DNA of 64,000 nucleotides from Balanoglossus misakiensis (GCA_040954595.2 CM082579.2:4956879-5020878), one strand, 5' to 3'. Shown: positions 24,301 through 35,420, numbered from the stretch's first letter. Made by a program: numbers and translations. The notes: generated by a model not told the origin, from the letters alone.

Positions 24301-27300
24301 CTGTAGTTGATTATCATGTAGTCCATAATAAAGTTATTATTACCTTGTCCTTTGCTGGTTTCTCATGTTTAGCGGGATGCTTTGCATGGACTTTAACTAC
24401 CATACCACCATCACCTTTGGCCTCAGTCACCTCTGCAGAGCTCTTGTCACTTTTACTTGAGCCTGAAAATAAAATTTACCATACAAATAATGCAGTCAGC
24501 TTTCTGGAAAAAACATATACACTTGCATCTGCTTTCTTTTCAAGAAAAGAGATGCATATTGACTTGCACTTTTAAGAGTAAAAGGGTGTACACAGATAAA
24601 TCTGGTAGCCAGTATGAACAACTAGTCACTTTATCTACTCCATATGACTGCTTTTTATTTCAATCAAGTATCCTGATAAAAAAAATTGAGCACTCCCAAA
24701 TGTATTGAGTGTTGCAAGATAATGGTTTCATTCTTCCAGAAAGTTCATGCTCTTTCTTGTCATACATAACCCGTATTTACACAAGACCAGACTCTTGATG
24801 ATTTGTTCTACCTTTAGCAATGCGTTTATCTCGTATCATGTTGTGAGTAATCTTCTTCCAGCGCGGGGGAGTACTCAGTATTTTCAACCTGGACACGGCC
24901 GACACCTCGTTGCCCACTGCCGGTCTCAGTTCATTGAAGATGAACATGCAACGGTCAAGGATGGGCGCACACACCTCCTTGTAGGATCTTCCCAAGTCTT
25001 GGTGTGCCTGTGGTGGAGAAATAGATACCAATGAGCAACCCTTGCACCCCTATTTCCCTGTCCTGAGGTCAAGTCTAGTTCGGGCTTGAATTCGAATTTT
25101 GCACAATAAAAATGTTGACTATACATAATGTATATGTTGTGTTGCTGAGCTAAATGTTGGGCATTTCATCAAATTTCATGAATTTGATCAAGAATCTGCA
25201 GCAGATTCACTAAACAAAAACACTGAAATCATATTAGTGAAAAGTAACAGCTAAACACAGACATGAGAGCATACCTTGATGAGAGAACACTTGGCCTGGA
25301 AGACGACTTTGCACATCTCCACGATGGATCTGGGCAATGTTATGTGTCTGTGATGGCCTCCAGAAATGCCACCGACGTCCCCCTGGCCTCCATGCTCCAC
25401 TAACGCCAAGGCCGCGTGGCCCAAATCAAGGTGCTTCATCAGACACACCATCAGCAGACGGCCCGCCTCCTCCACGGGATGGTCATAGGGGAAGTCGATG
25501 GGCATGTTCAGATTGTGGTGCTTGCAGTAGCGTTCGCAGTACGAGAAGAACGTCTTCACGTGCGGCTCGTGGAGCTTGCGATCGGCGATGGCCTGCAGGA
25601 AGGGGCCCGCGGCGTCCGCCTGGGAAACCTGCCGGGCGAACAGTTTCTGGTTCTCTTCGTGTTTCGTCGCGGAGCACGTGGCGGACGCTTTGAATTCGCC
25701 CTTTCCCTCCTCGCAGGGGGAAGCCAGCTGCGTCGGTTGCAGACCGCCCACAAAGAGGTCCGACTTCAGCCAAAGTTCACATTCTTCTTCAACGTCGGAT
25801 ACCCGCAGACTCTGGGCTTGGTGGTTGGCATGGAGACCGAGTAACAAACCGAGGCCGCGCTCGGCATCGATGAGGGGCGATGACACGCTGCTCGTGTCTA
25901 CGGTAACCACCATGTCCTGTTCGGGCTGGATCAGAAACAACAGACAACTGAATATGAATAATGGTGAGAAGCTAAAAACATAGAGACATACTATATACAT
26001 ACAGATGAAACCAATCGCATAAGGTCCCACTGCTATATATACCAGTGGGACATATGATATCATTTGAGACAGCCGCATATAGCGACTTCTGACAAAAGTG
26101 CGACTCGCACTTTTAGTCGCAGATAGCCTTTTGCGGCACCTCTACATAAATGGTACATGGCATTCCCTGTGATACATGTAGCTAATGAGTGTCATGACAA
26201 CTGAATTACCTCAACATACACCCCAACAAAGAAAGCCTGCATCATTTCCCTGGCTTCTGCTGAATGCTGGGCTTCTTCAAACGCTTCTGTGCCGTCACGA
26301 GCTGCAAAAATGTGAAACCATTCCATACACATTATCTATAGAATTTTTGATGAGGTTTAATACAATTTCTATGGATGTCAAGTACGACACAAGACAAAAA
26401 AATAGTAAAATCAACCGACAATTTACCTGCAAAATCGAGGAGTGTATCACTGCCACATGGGGCCTGGGACTGGAAATCTTTGACGTCATACACTTTGCCG
26501 TGGATGACGATCCACAGACCGCCATCTTTGTTATGGTTTTCCAGGTCTGCTTTGCGGATAAGTGGTACATCATCATTTCCTCTGTGAGGGGCGTTTCCAT
26601 ACGAATTACCTCCACCTATGCAGCAAGAAATATGGATAGGTTTTTAATCACACTTCTGGTTCGCATAAGTTGCTTCCCTGTTGATCACACAGGGTCTCAT
26701 TTCATTCCAACCATACTTGCCCAAGTGTTGAACCATCCTTCATTGTAAGATTACCAAAACTATCCACCTGTATTATAAGGTCCTGACTTTCTACAAACAC
26801 ATCTCAAGAGAAATACTTGTTGAGAATTGTTAGGTATGTACATGTACGTACAGTAAAAAGTTCACATACAGACACACAAACAAACACAATCTCGTTGCGA
26901 CATACCTATGATACCAGGCCATGCCAGATCTTCTGAATCTTCTTTCTCTAACCCTGGTGCTAGTTTATTGAATCTGTCAAGCAGTTCCAACAGATTTCCC
27001 AACATGGGTACAGCAGCACAAGACTGCATGATCGACGATGACTTAACTTGCAGAATTACCATACACACGACCAGTTCAGGTAAAAGAACACCTGAAAGAG
27101 TGAAAGAGAAAAAAACATATGTGAACTCGGAATAGTTTAGCGTGTTCACATTCAACAGCCTTGAACTTCAACATCAACACAATCTGAAATCTGGAGCAGG
27201 CAACAATAAAGAAGGTCATCTGTGATAACAAACACAAATTACCTGATATGTCAGATTCAATGAGGTGGGCTACTGCAGCGAAGTGTTTGGAGCTAGAATT

Positions 27301-30300
27301 GGCCAAACTGACAGCCACCAGGAGTACATCACTGATATGGGAACACAGCAGAGATATGTACTTGCACAGAAGTGATGCGGCACCCTGAAGCTCTGGATCT
27401 GAAACATCATACCAAAAAAAGAGAACTGGGTTTTTTGTTCACTGTCTAGAGTCATTGAAATAACAATCTGTTACAAGATTACACTGAAATGTGATGTATA
27501 TTTTTAAAAATTATTTCAAAAATTATATTCCCCAAAACATTACATCCTCTACTGGGATTGAAAACTACTCAAAACTACCTGCAGCTGATGGTGATCCAGC
27601 TTTTGTTTTTTCATCCTCTGATGGGAAGAGCTTGCCGATGAGAAGACGTTGGAATCTGAGTAACAGTTCCAAGGAAGCTGATCTTTCAACTCGTATTGAC
27701 CTTGGCTTTTCTTCAGTGGGGCTTCCGAAGGTCAAATCTTGTAGCTTGGTCAGAGTAGTGCTGGCAGCATTCCTAAAATGCATGACAGGAGAAGTTCATT
27801 TAGGAACTGTTTCACACATATATTTTTTTTTGGCAAAGAGCCAGTGCATGTCACTTCCAAAAGTCTTCAACCCACCATATGTTCTCATTCAAGAAACTGT
27901 ACCGTTATGAGATGACAGAGCAACATACTGTACGGTAGTCGCAGTCTGTTTTGCAGCGATGATCACTTACCTCAGCAACTGTTGCACGAGCTGTAGCAAC
28001 GGGATACTTGTGATCTTACTGACTTCTTTCTTGGAGGTTTCCTCCTTTGCCTTGGTTTTGGTTTCTTTCTTCTTCTCGTCAGATTTCTGGGCCGACGGCA
28101 TTCCTGGTCCATCGCCGTTCTCCTTATCAATGTCTTGGTCTTCCTTGTCCTTTTCATTCTTTCCTTCAATGTCTTTGACTTCAGTCTTGATGGCGGCCTG
28201 CAACGCCGATTCCAGTCCCCCGTCTGCCATCAGGCTGCTCACCAGTAGATCCATCATGAACCGCCGTCCTGGTGTCATGGTGACATTTTCACCTGCTATA
28301 AAATTTTATTACAACCAAAATCAACGGATGTTTCATGAAGCAGGTTTTGCAAACTTCTTGAATACACTGACACTCAGTAACATAATACATATTAGGTATT
28401 GACCAATTTTCCTCATACGTGTGTACTATCACAAACATCGCCCAAAAGGTTTTGAATTGACAAACTAGGCATACCTGCTGTTGGTAGCAATGAAGACAAA
28501 GCCCTGGCTCTCTCCTCGGCTGTAGGTAAGAGTATTGACCATCCACTCTGCAGTGTAGACTGGGCGGCTGACTGCACTGTAGACAACACACCCGCATTGC
28601 TGGCCAGATCGACCACACGCTGCTTTAGACTGGACAGGAGGGAACCTCCGAGACCTAATCCCAACTCTTCCGGGTTTTCATTCTGGATGATTGCAGCGTG
28701 CAACTGATGGCAGAGAAAGGGGAGAGGTTGGATTTAGAGTTAATGGATTTACTCTGTTTTGCCTTTCACCCAATACACTGCATGGCAAACCCAAGCAGTA
28801 AAAAAAACAGTAAAATCTTGGCATACGCTCACCTGCAATCTGAGGAGATTGAGACCAGCCACTGCCATGCACTCCTTTTCCTGGGGTGGGGGCCAATCAC
28901 TACGGCCGTCGAGATCGCTGCAAACTTGTTCTAGAAGTTGATTCAGGGAGTCAAACGTGGTCTTGCAGACGTCCACACAGAACGGCACTCTGAGATTGAC
29001 TGTCCAGTGCCCACTTGACGACCAGGCAAAACTCTGAAAGACATCACAAAATCAATTCAATGGTTAGTACAGTAGTGGTTCTATCATTAGATAAGGAAAC
29101 AACTAAGTGAGAGAACACACCTGTATAAATCAAGCCCTTCACCCCCATTTCCCAGTATAAAGATCCACCACTGCCATTGAGAACAATAGAATTGGACCAA
29201 ACCATGGCGGTGAAAGGGTTAAAAGACCAAACCATGATTACCTGAGAGGGTCCACACGCAATGCCAGTGATACTTTTGCCCTCCAGGGCGCTCATCAGAG
29301 TGGGTTCTATCTTGGTACTCAGACTGTTGTCGCCCAGCTGGCCTTGGTCGTTGCGACCCCAGCAATAGACTTCGCCGTCTTCCGTCCTGGCCAAGCAGTG
29401 CATGGACCCGACCTGGACGTCGGCTATCTTCTTGCCCTGCAGGGACTCTATCAGTTTGGGGTAGCGTACATGTTCTTCATTACCGTGACCCAGTCTGTAG
29501 CCATCTCCTTTGCCCCTGTGAGGATGAAAGTTGGGATCATTCATCAGGAAAGATTCTTTTTGTGAAATCGTAATATATTTCAAATATTCAGGATTACCAC
29601 TTGCATTGAGGCGAGTTTCAATGAGATGGCAAAAATTAGTGCCGCGTTGTCCTTGAAGACTTACCACGTCCAGATGTTGCCTGATTTGGACAATGCGGCT
29701 GAGAACTGAGCACCACAATACACACGGACAATGTCGTGACCGTTGAGTTTCTCCAGTACTTTGGGAGTCTTGCATCCATCGCTGCCACCTCGGCCAAGTT
29801 TGCCGTAGTCGCCATCACCCCATGACCACACAGATCCTGGGGAAACGAAAAGAGAATTTTGGTTTTAATCACGCACATTTGACAGATTTGCATTCACATG
29901 TATATATTCACCCACAAACAGACCATTTCTAGCTACTCAGATAATGTACAATGTACTCCCCACAGCTCATGGAGTTCAGAAAATGGTACATTGGTTGCAA
30001 CTGTTTGCAGCATTAGACACTTACCATCCTCAGTAACAGCCAGGGTTTGCGCATCACCACTGCCACAGGCAATGTCGATGACCCTCTGACCTTTCAAACC
30101 AATCACCATGGTCGGCGTGCTATGATCTTCACTGCTTCCTGTAAGGAGAAAAATCAAGTCACTCACGATTCAGTGTTAATCCACACTGGTTATTGAAACA
30201 TTACAGATGGGACCATACAAGCAGAACATTTGCCAGAGAGGCATTCACAACTTCAGACTGTACTCACCGTGTCCCAACCTGCCGTAGTTTCCTCTACCCC

Positions 30301-33300
30301 ACGAGAACAACTCCCCCTGTGCCGTGATCGCAGCCGTGTACGTACTACCTCCGGATATGTGGACGACATGTCTGCCAGACAGCGCCACAACTAACGTGGG
30401 TTCCTCTCTGGCACTGCGAAAAGAAACCAAGACGTCAGTGGAACAAACATACAAGTGTTCTCAGGTTCATGACTGCGAGTATGTGTGGCACAGGAACATG
30501 GTTCTTTCGATTTTTAAACAGAAACATTTGATCACTTTGGCAGCAGAAATACTTTTCCTTGTAAAAAAAACTGCTACATACTGCATTCTCAAGATGTGCT
30601 CAGTTCATTCCAATAAGAAATACATGTTACTGTCATTTTTCTTATTTTAAAAACTCACTTTGTATCTCCATGGCCAAGTCTGCCTCCATCTCCATTGCCC
30701 CACGAATACACCTCACCGTCAGATGTCAACGCCACATAATGCTTGCCTTCTGGATGGGCTGCAATCTTCACAACTTCCTTGTCTAGCAGATTCTCCATGA
30801 GCTGAGGACCCTATATGGGGAAATAACAGAGAGTAATGTGAAAAGGATTGCATCACAGGTTGCTCATAGTGATTTAACACTAGTGTTTAACACTGGGAAA
30901 CAGAGCACCTTTACATACCTGTGTCTCTGAACTGTAGTAGTACATGTACACCCTGCCTGTGCTGGTGAGGGCGAGCAGACATCGTTCTGCACAGCATATC
31001 TGCGTCACTCCCAACTCGCTCAGAGCGTCCACTGGGTAGGGACCGTACGGGGCTGTGCTGCCCCCGGCCCAGGCAATCCAACCCCATCCTAACACTTCCT
31101 GTGATGTTGTTGAGCCGGTCGATGATGACAACTGCATTAGAGAGAGAGAAAGATAGAGAGAGAGCAGGAGTTAGTTGGACATACTAGTGTGGTTTAGTTT
31201 TGCATCTGTCAGTCTCAGAGCAATACCAGGAATAGTCATTTTGACAGCTTTTTTATACAACTCAAAATAGTGTCAAAACAACTTCCGCAAATATTCTTTT
31301 AGGACTTCTGGAATGGAGTTTGTACGGGGAGGACGCAGAGCAATTAATGGTCCAATCCAACCCACCTTGTGTGAATAGGATGGAGGTGCATAGGGCACAG
31401 ACAGCCTGTCTAGATGTGACATAATGACCACCGCTGTCTGTCGCAGGTCAACCGAGGCTTCATCATCTTGGGGAAGCTGCAGGTATCTGAGGAAGCATTC
31501 TGTCGGGCTGACCTTCACACTTCCTGTGGACTGTGGCACAAAAATAAAGATTATATACAAACGCAAAGAAAATAGAAGAATTATCCAAAAACTTGAGTCT
31601 TCACAACTGTTCACCTCCAATTCGCTCTTTAGACGTCCAACTTGATCATAGAATAAAATGGATTTGGACTAAACCAAGCGTGCCCAGATTTTCAAGGAAC
31701 CATTCCGAAGTGTATGACCCCCGTACACAACCAGATGACCTTACCTCTTCCAGCTTTGGACTCTCAGGACTTTTCAGCTTGCTCCGCGAGATGTCCTGAA
31801 ATCTCCTGACCAGCGGCACAAGCGGCGCGCTGGTTCCGGCCGAGTTGCTGCGGTTGTCCGTCTCCTGCTGCCCGTACTCCCACAGCTGCAGCAGCAGCAG
31901 CACCGAGTTGAGCAGCTCCCCGAGTGTCCCCCTCTGCACGGCTAGCTCCAGCAGCAACGCCAATGCTGTGTGTTGGTCCTTCACTGGGATAGTGTTTGCT
32001 CCTTTTGCTGTGGCACCTGCATTCAGATCCCTTCGTTGGTGAAAAAAAGTACTCTTCTTTAATATTGTGACATTCTTATATTTAAATTCACTTTTTCTTG
32101 ATAGTCATAATTTTTTTCGCGGTACATATCTGCACACAAACGTATACATCCCTTCCAATTAAATCTGCAAATAATGAGGCACCCACTTACCCAAGGACCA
32201 CCGATCTTAGAAACTTGGAAGCTCTTTCTACAACCTCCAGCCACACTTTGGACACCGACGCTTCATCAAACAGCGTGGCTTCCGGCAGCGACCTCATCGC
32301 TTCCAGAGATTCTTGCAAGAGCTCGCTGCACAGGTCAGCATCTTCACCAGTCCTCCATGCCCGTCTCAAGAAGGCGAACGCAAAAGACAGAGCTGCTCGT
32401 GACCCGACCCTCGCCAGACCTGTGGTTGCTTTCTCGCCAATCTGACTGGCACTGAAAAGAGGAGATTATGTCTGAAGTCAGTTTATGTTCCTTCAAACAC
32501 CAGTAGATTTTTTTGAGTATTTTATTACAAGAACATCACCAAGATCTTCTTTAATTATCTTTACATTACATTTCTTGTGGGTATCAACCCTGTTAAAACC
32601 CTCGATAATGCAGTAATAAGTAAAGAATAAGCAGTCATTGCTACCCACTGCAATGCCCTGTTTGCTGCAAGATTATTTGTGGGTAAAGCATTTGATTCTT
32701 TGTGTTCACCCCAGGGCAACTAAAGAAGTAAGGCCAAACACTATAATGTTGAGAATATAATAGAAATTCATTGCTATAATATACCAATTGATTATAGATG
32801 TACCAATATGGAAACTTAGCAACATTGTGCAGTGTGCATGAGAAGGCACCATGGCCTAGTGGTTAGGAATTTGGGCTTGCAATTGGAGGGCTCAGTGGGT
32901 CAAGACCATAGGCAGGGAGTTGTGGGTTCAATACCCGGGGACGGCTAATGTTTTTTTTCTCTGTCACTTTAGAATTTTTTTTTAATGTCTTTTTTTTGTA
33001 TGCATAAAATACACACAAATTGTCTCCATTGCTTCGTGTATGTGTTGTACATTGCATTTGGGATGGAGATAAACTTTTCTCAGAGTTTTACAAGGCTACC
33101 CTAATAAAAAGTTTATATATACACATGTAAATAAAAATAAACATTGTATATTTTTCATTATATCATCATAGAACTGAAAAGACTCCAAAGACAATACAGC
33201 TAACTTATTTTATTTGAAAGCACCACACACAGAAACAATTTTTAACTTCCAACCTCTTGCTGCTCTTCATGATGGGACACTCCAGCTTCTTCTTCAGAGC

Positions 33301-35081
33301 TGCGCGTTTCTGCTCCGGGTTGTGCCTGGCCAGTGCAATGAAGTATCTCTCCAGCACGGTGAGTCTCTGCTGCAGTCTGGTGGAGGACAGGGTCGTCGTG
33401 GCCGCTTCCGAAGCCAGCTGCTGCTGCTCGTAGACCAAGGAATGGAGACAACTTTGCAGCTGGGTGACGTCTTTTGGAAGTAGTGGTAAGAAAAAGAATT
33501 AAATCAACAACGCATGTTGTAAGATTGTGTAACTGAATGAGACAAGATCAGTGTTCTCTCCAGAATAATATTAATAAGTATCCATTGATACTCTTGTATT
33601 CTGGAGAAAACAATAGAGACTCATTATCATAACAACTGATTATGTTGTCATGTACATAAGCCAATACTGTATCAAAAATTCCTGCAAGATGTTAAATGTC
33701 TTGCTGGAATTTTTGATACAGCATTGGCTTATAATAGTCTTTTCTAGCATGTTTTATTAACTATAACACACCACTTTATTCTTTTCCTAAATGCCCTCTG
33801 CAGTTCTATCATGCACCTATTTCACAGCAAACTATCTATTCCCCTCACCTGGTTGCTTTCCCCACGTCCACGACTCAATAAGAGACAGAGCAGAGGCAGG
33901 TCGGCTTTCGTCTTCCTCCTTGCGATCCTTCTCTTCCTTGTCCAGCTTCTGACATGGGGGACAGTTACAACCGTTGTCTGGTCCACAGTGGCCATCACAG
34001 CAGCTGCATGACAATACCCGCATCCCGCAGTAGTAGTGGCCAGTTTCCCCTGAAAATCACAGTCAAATGGAAAAAGTCCTTGCAATGAGCATAATCTGTA
34101 GTCTATCTTTCAGGAACTGTCTTCTTTTAGACTAGACAAAATTAGTTTTATCAGAAACTGTCTCATAGCAAAATTGTCTTAAATATTTTCTGTCATACCT
34201 ACACAGAATGACTCAGCATATTTCAATAAACATACCCACTATTTTGGTATTTATACAATCAAAACTGTCATTTTCAGCTGTAGTTACAGAAGTGAATCAG
34301 GTTATGCATGTGGTAAAACTAAGCCCAACATGTTGTTCCTCCTGCGAAACACCCATGGACGTGAAATTACCTTTGCGGGCTGGTACTCCAACACAGTTGA
34401 TGACAGAGTCTGAATTTCCGGTGGCGATCTCTCCATCCTTAACCAATTCATTCCACAGACGGCTGAGACCATCCTTTGTAAATGCAGCCTGTGTGGGATG
34501 CAAAGGAAAAATGACAGACACTCACTTTGTTTATATGAGATTATACATGTATATGATCATCAGAAACGTAAACTTGCCCTCGGTGTCTTATACAGAAATG
34601 TGGAAAAAAAGCCATGGGGTGCAGGTGGGAGTGTTTCCTTAAAATTAGTAATACTGTAGGCAAAGTGTGGTATACAATTTTACATGTGCCAAAATAAATA
34701 TATTCAGGGAAAAGGAAATGGTGTCTTGATAAATCTTCCATTTGGTTTCTCTTTCCCCTAATAAACTATTTTGGCATATGCATGTATCAGATCCTCTATC
34801 AAATACTATAGTCATCGACGTGTTTATCATTGACACGGGTGACCTGGGCAACAAGGCTTCTAGACGAGAGACATTGGTTTTACGAAATATGTACAGTAAA
34901 TAAAAAGCAAGTGCCAAGTCACCGTGACCCAAACAAGATCCGTGTACCCCACTTTCGATATCACGGATTTCGCTTAGGTCACTCACACATGTAATGTACA
35001 TACCTGTAAATCGGTTTTCAGCCACTTCGAATCAAGACGCAGCTGTGTCCGTAGGGTTGGTCTGATAGTACTTGAGGCCAT
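360..35081 (-). CDS. HERC2: E3 ubiquitin-protein ligase HERC2, complete multi-exon gene (about 74 coding exons)
   Basis: First coding segment 35081-35004 reads [26 protein letters not shown]|GT, then [21 protein letters not shown], matching the HERC2 N-terminus ([27 protein letters not shown]). Three RCC1-like domains, cyt-b5, MIB-HERC2, CPH, ZZ, DOC and HECT follow in HERC2 order. Last exon 623-360 has [19 protein letters not shown] (catalytic Cys) and [12 protein letters not shown], ending TAA at 362-360. Splice phases were consistent wherever checked. Confidence 0.98.
480..2300 (-). CDS. HERC2: HERC2 HECT domain exons
   Basis: [10 protein letters not shown] / [20 protein letters not shown] / [28 protein letters not shown] / LPESYTCFF. 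Boundaries approximate. Confidence 0.95.
2553..2648. repeat. Degenerate (ACAGT/ACAAT)n pentanucleotide microsatellite in a HERC2 intron
   Basis: cagtacagtacagtacactatacag...cagtacagtacattacaatacaatac. Confidence 0.75.
3000..4870 (-). CDS. HERC2: HERC2 RCC1-like domain 3 (RLD3) exons
   Basis: [85 protein letters not shown]. Boundaries approximate. Confidence 0.95.
8073..8078 (-). terminator. Candidate polyadenylation signal of the nested TRIM gene
   Basis: AATAAA on the minus strand about 300 nt after the TRIM stop, followed by TGTGTGTGGTTTGTCTTT (GU-rich downstream element). Confidence 0.5.
8374..10578 (-). CDS. Intronless TRIM-NHL E3 ligase (TRIM2/3/45/71-like: RING, 2 B-boxes, coiled coil, filamin/Ig, 6 NHL blades), nested in a HERC2 intron
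   Basis: Uninterrupted 734-aa ORF. RING: [26 protein letters not shown]-box1: [25 protein letters not shown]-box2: [18 protein letters not shown]. Filamin: [21 protein letters not shown]. Six NHL repeats ([42 protein letters not shown]). Lies within HERC2 intron 11185-7657. Confidence 0.95.
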   Translation of the reverse strand: MAAATEGRFMKEVGEDFLCCTICLELFETPKILPCLHTFCQQCLVTLVEKTGSLNCPVCRQQYQLPAGQVASLKGNFFMANLVDIFKQRLESLHAAAEIKCGGCQANAATHRCVECKHHLCNSCARAHRNLPVTRTHRLVTTEEYETAKATSPVSLQAVEYCSVHPNNTVRFFCETCQLPVCSDCSIVKDCIPDHVHRDLKDAADEYLRDLRNMVDKLKVKEQEAEKNKSLAKQIHSDLLEQYKKEKRQVRMKANQIIDKINTEKQRLLDELDQNYQMKIKTAAAGIDEVELKYGNIKSTCSYMETVMQHGNAAQLLSAKADAEHRMKELIAMETEPQTINKVVFKATESFNECGIMGSLVSDVCISKCTVENFPKQLLKGDSADLLITTRDSTGKEVIPTQRVQAQVRRPGASWEGISVTDNRDGTHRVTVNASSEGKYHITMTIGGQAIPGSPVVIPIVKGSVQTIGSKGSNEGQYDSPYGLAINRDRDIVTADRGNERLQITTREGRVKKILKFTQFKKPFKPCGIAVSSDNTYYSLDDSNRQVVVSDENGHVITCFGRDELKDPFGISISPISGNVYVTDKSEQCVRIYTQHGEYLRSFGSEDEGWEESCSFWGVTVADNGMVYVADNGWKCIQVFSSDDRYLYSFDCQSGDGQLRRPLGVITENDRYVYVSTGYPYCVLKFESSGKFVCRVDTVEDGLNDPTGIALTDDVPCRVVVADNWNHCVNVFVQ
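10695..10790 (-). promoter_or_regulatory. Candidate promoter of the nested TRIM gene
   Basis: TATATA at 10705-10700 (about 120 nt upstream of the ATG), ETS-type AGGAAGT at 10727-10733, Sp/KLF-type GGGCGTG at 10781-10787, and locally retained CpGs. Confidence 0.4.
12170..14500 (-). CDS. HERC2: HERC2 RCC1-like domain 2 (RLD2) exons
   Basis: [75 protein letters not shown]. Boundaries approximate. Confidence 0.95.
14630..15330 (-). CDS. HERC2: HERC2 DOC/APC10 domain exons
   Basis: [19 protein letters not shown]|[12 protein letters not shown] ... [18 protein letters not shown]. Confidence 0.9.
15524..15661 (-). CDS. HERC2: HERC2 ZZ zinc-finger exon
   Basis: [31 protein letters not shown]; joins in phase 2 to exon 17338-17230 (..PSNHPGVT). 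Confidence 0.93.
17230..18202 (-). CDS. HERC2: HERC2 CPH domain and following exons
   Basis: [32 protein letters not shown] / [33 protein letters not shown] / [17 protein letters not shown]. Confidence 0.92.
21390..21473. mobile_element. About 85-bp MITE with TTAA-bounded terminal inverted repeats (piggyBac-like ends)
   Basis: ttaactctttcacc ... ggtgaaagggttaa; homologous to the copy at 29130-29222 in opposite orientation. Confidence 0.7.
22410..22815 (-). CDS. HERC2: HERC2 MIB/HERC2 domain exons
   Basis: [17 protein letters not shown]|[42 protein letters not shown]. Confidence 0.95.
26210..26560 (-). CDS. HERC2: HERC2 cytochrome b5-like domain exons
   Basis: [41 protein letters not shown]|[27 protein letters not shown]. 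My translation; this frame is not in the ORF track. Confidence 0.9.
29000..31100 (-). CDS. HERC2: HERC2 RCC1-like domain 1 (RLD1) exons
   Basis: [73 protein letters not shown]. Boundaries approximate. Confidence 0.93.
29130..29222. mobile_element. Second copy of the TTAA-bounded MITE
   Basis: Reverse complement ttaaccctttcaccgccatggtttggtccaattctattg...gaaatgggggtgaagggcttga aligns by eye with 21390-21473. Confidence 0.7.
32845..33115 (+). mobile_element. tRNA-derived SINE-like element or tRNA pseudogene head in a HERC2 intron
   Basis: Pol III A box TGGCCTAGTGG (32852-32862), B box GGTTCAATACC (32925-32935) in a T-arm hairpin, then T8 at 32951. No proper acceptor stem. The 3' extent is a guess (AATAAAAA near 33103). 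Confidence 0.55.
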
Positions 35082-35241
35082 TGTGTCCTAGTCTAGCTCC
35101 TAATGATCATCATTTGCTAACATCGAGCACACCGACAGGAAACTGACAACAGTCAACGACCACTACCCTCGATGACTATGAGTAAGCCTAGGATTGAGAG
35201 GTCTCGTAGAGTGGATATGACGAACTAGCGAAACAATTTTC

Positions 35242-35420
35242 CTGTAACACGAGAAGCACGAAATTAACGGAATAAAAAGGCACGGTTCTGCAGCTCAATA
35301 TGTGGTAAAAATATCGACTTACTTACTTACCTCGTTTAAGTAAAGGCTACTCTATTCTTCCCATTTTGGTGGTTTAATATTAGTTCTACTGTGCACTTGT
35401 GAACAAAATGGCGACCACAG
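35242..35420 (-). promoter_or_regulatory. HERC2: HERC2 non-coding first exon, first intron and TSS region
   Basis: Donor GAG|GTAAGT at 35331/35330, acceptor TTACAG| at 35242, YY1-type CGCCATTTTG at about 35413-35404 (typical just after a TSS). Start of a CpG-rich region. Confidence 0.6.

Noticed and set aside
32845-32950. Functional tRNA gene
   Set aside because: Acceptor and anticodon stems do not pair properly; treated as a SINE head or pseudogene.
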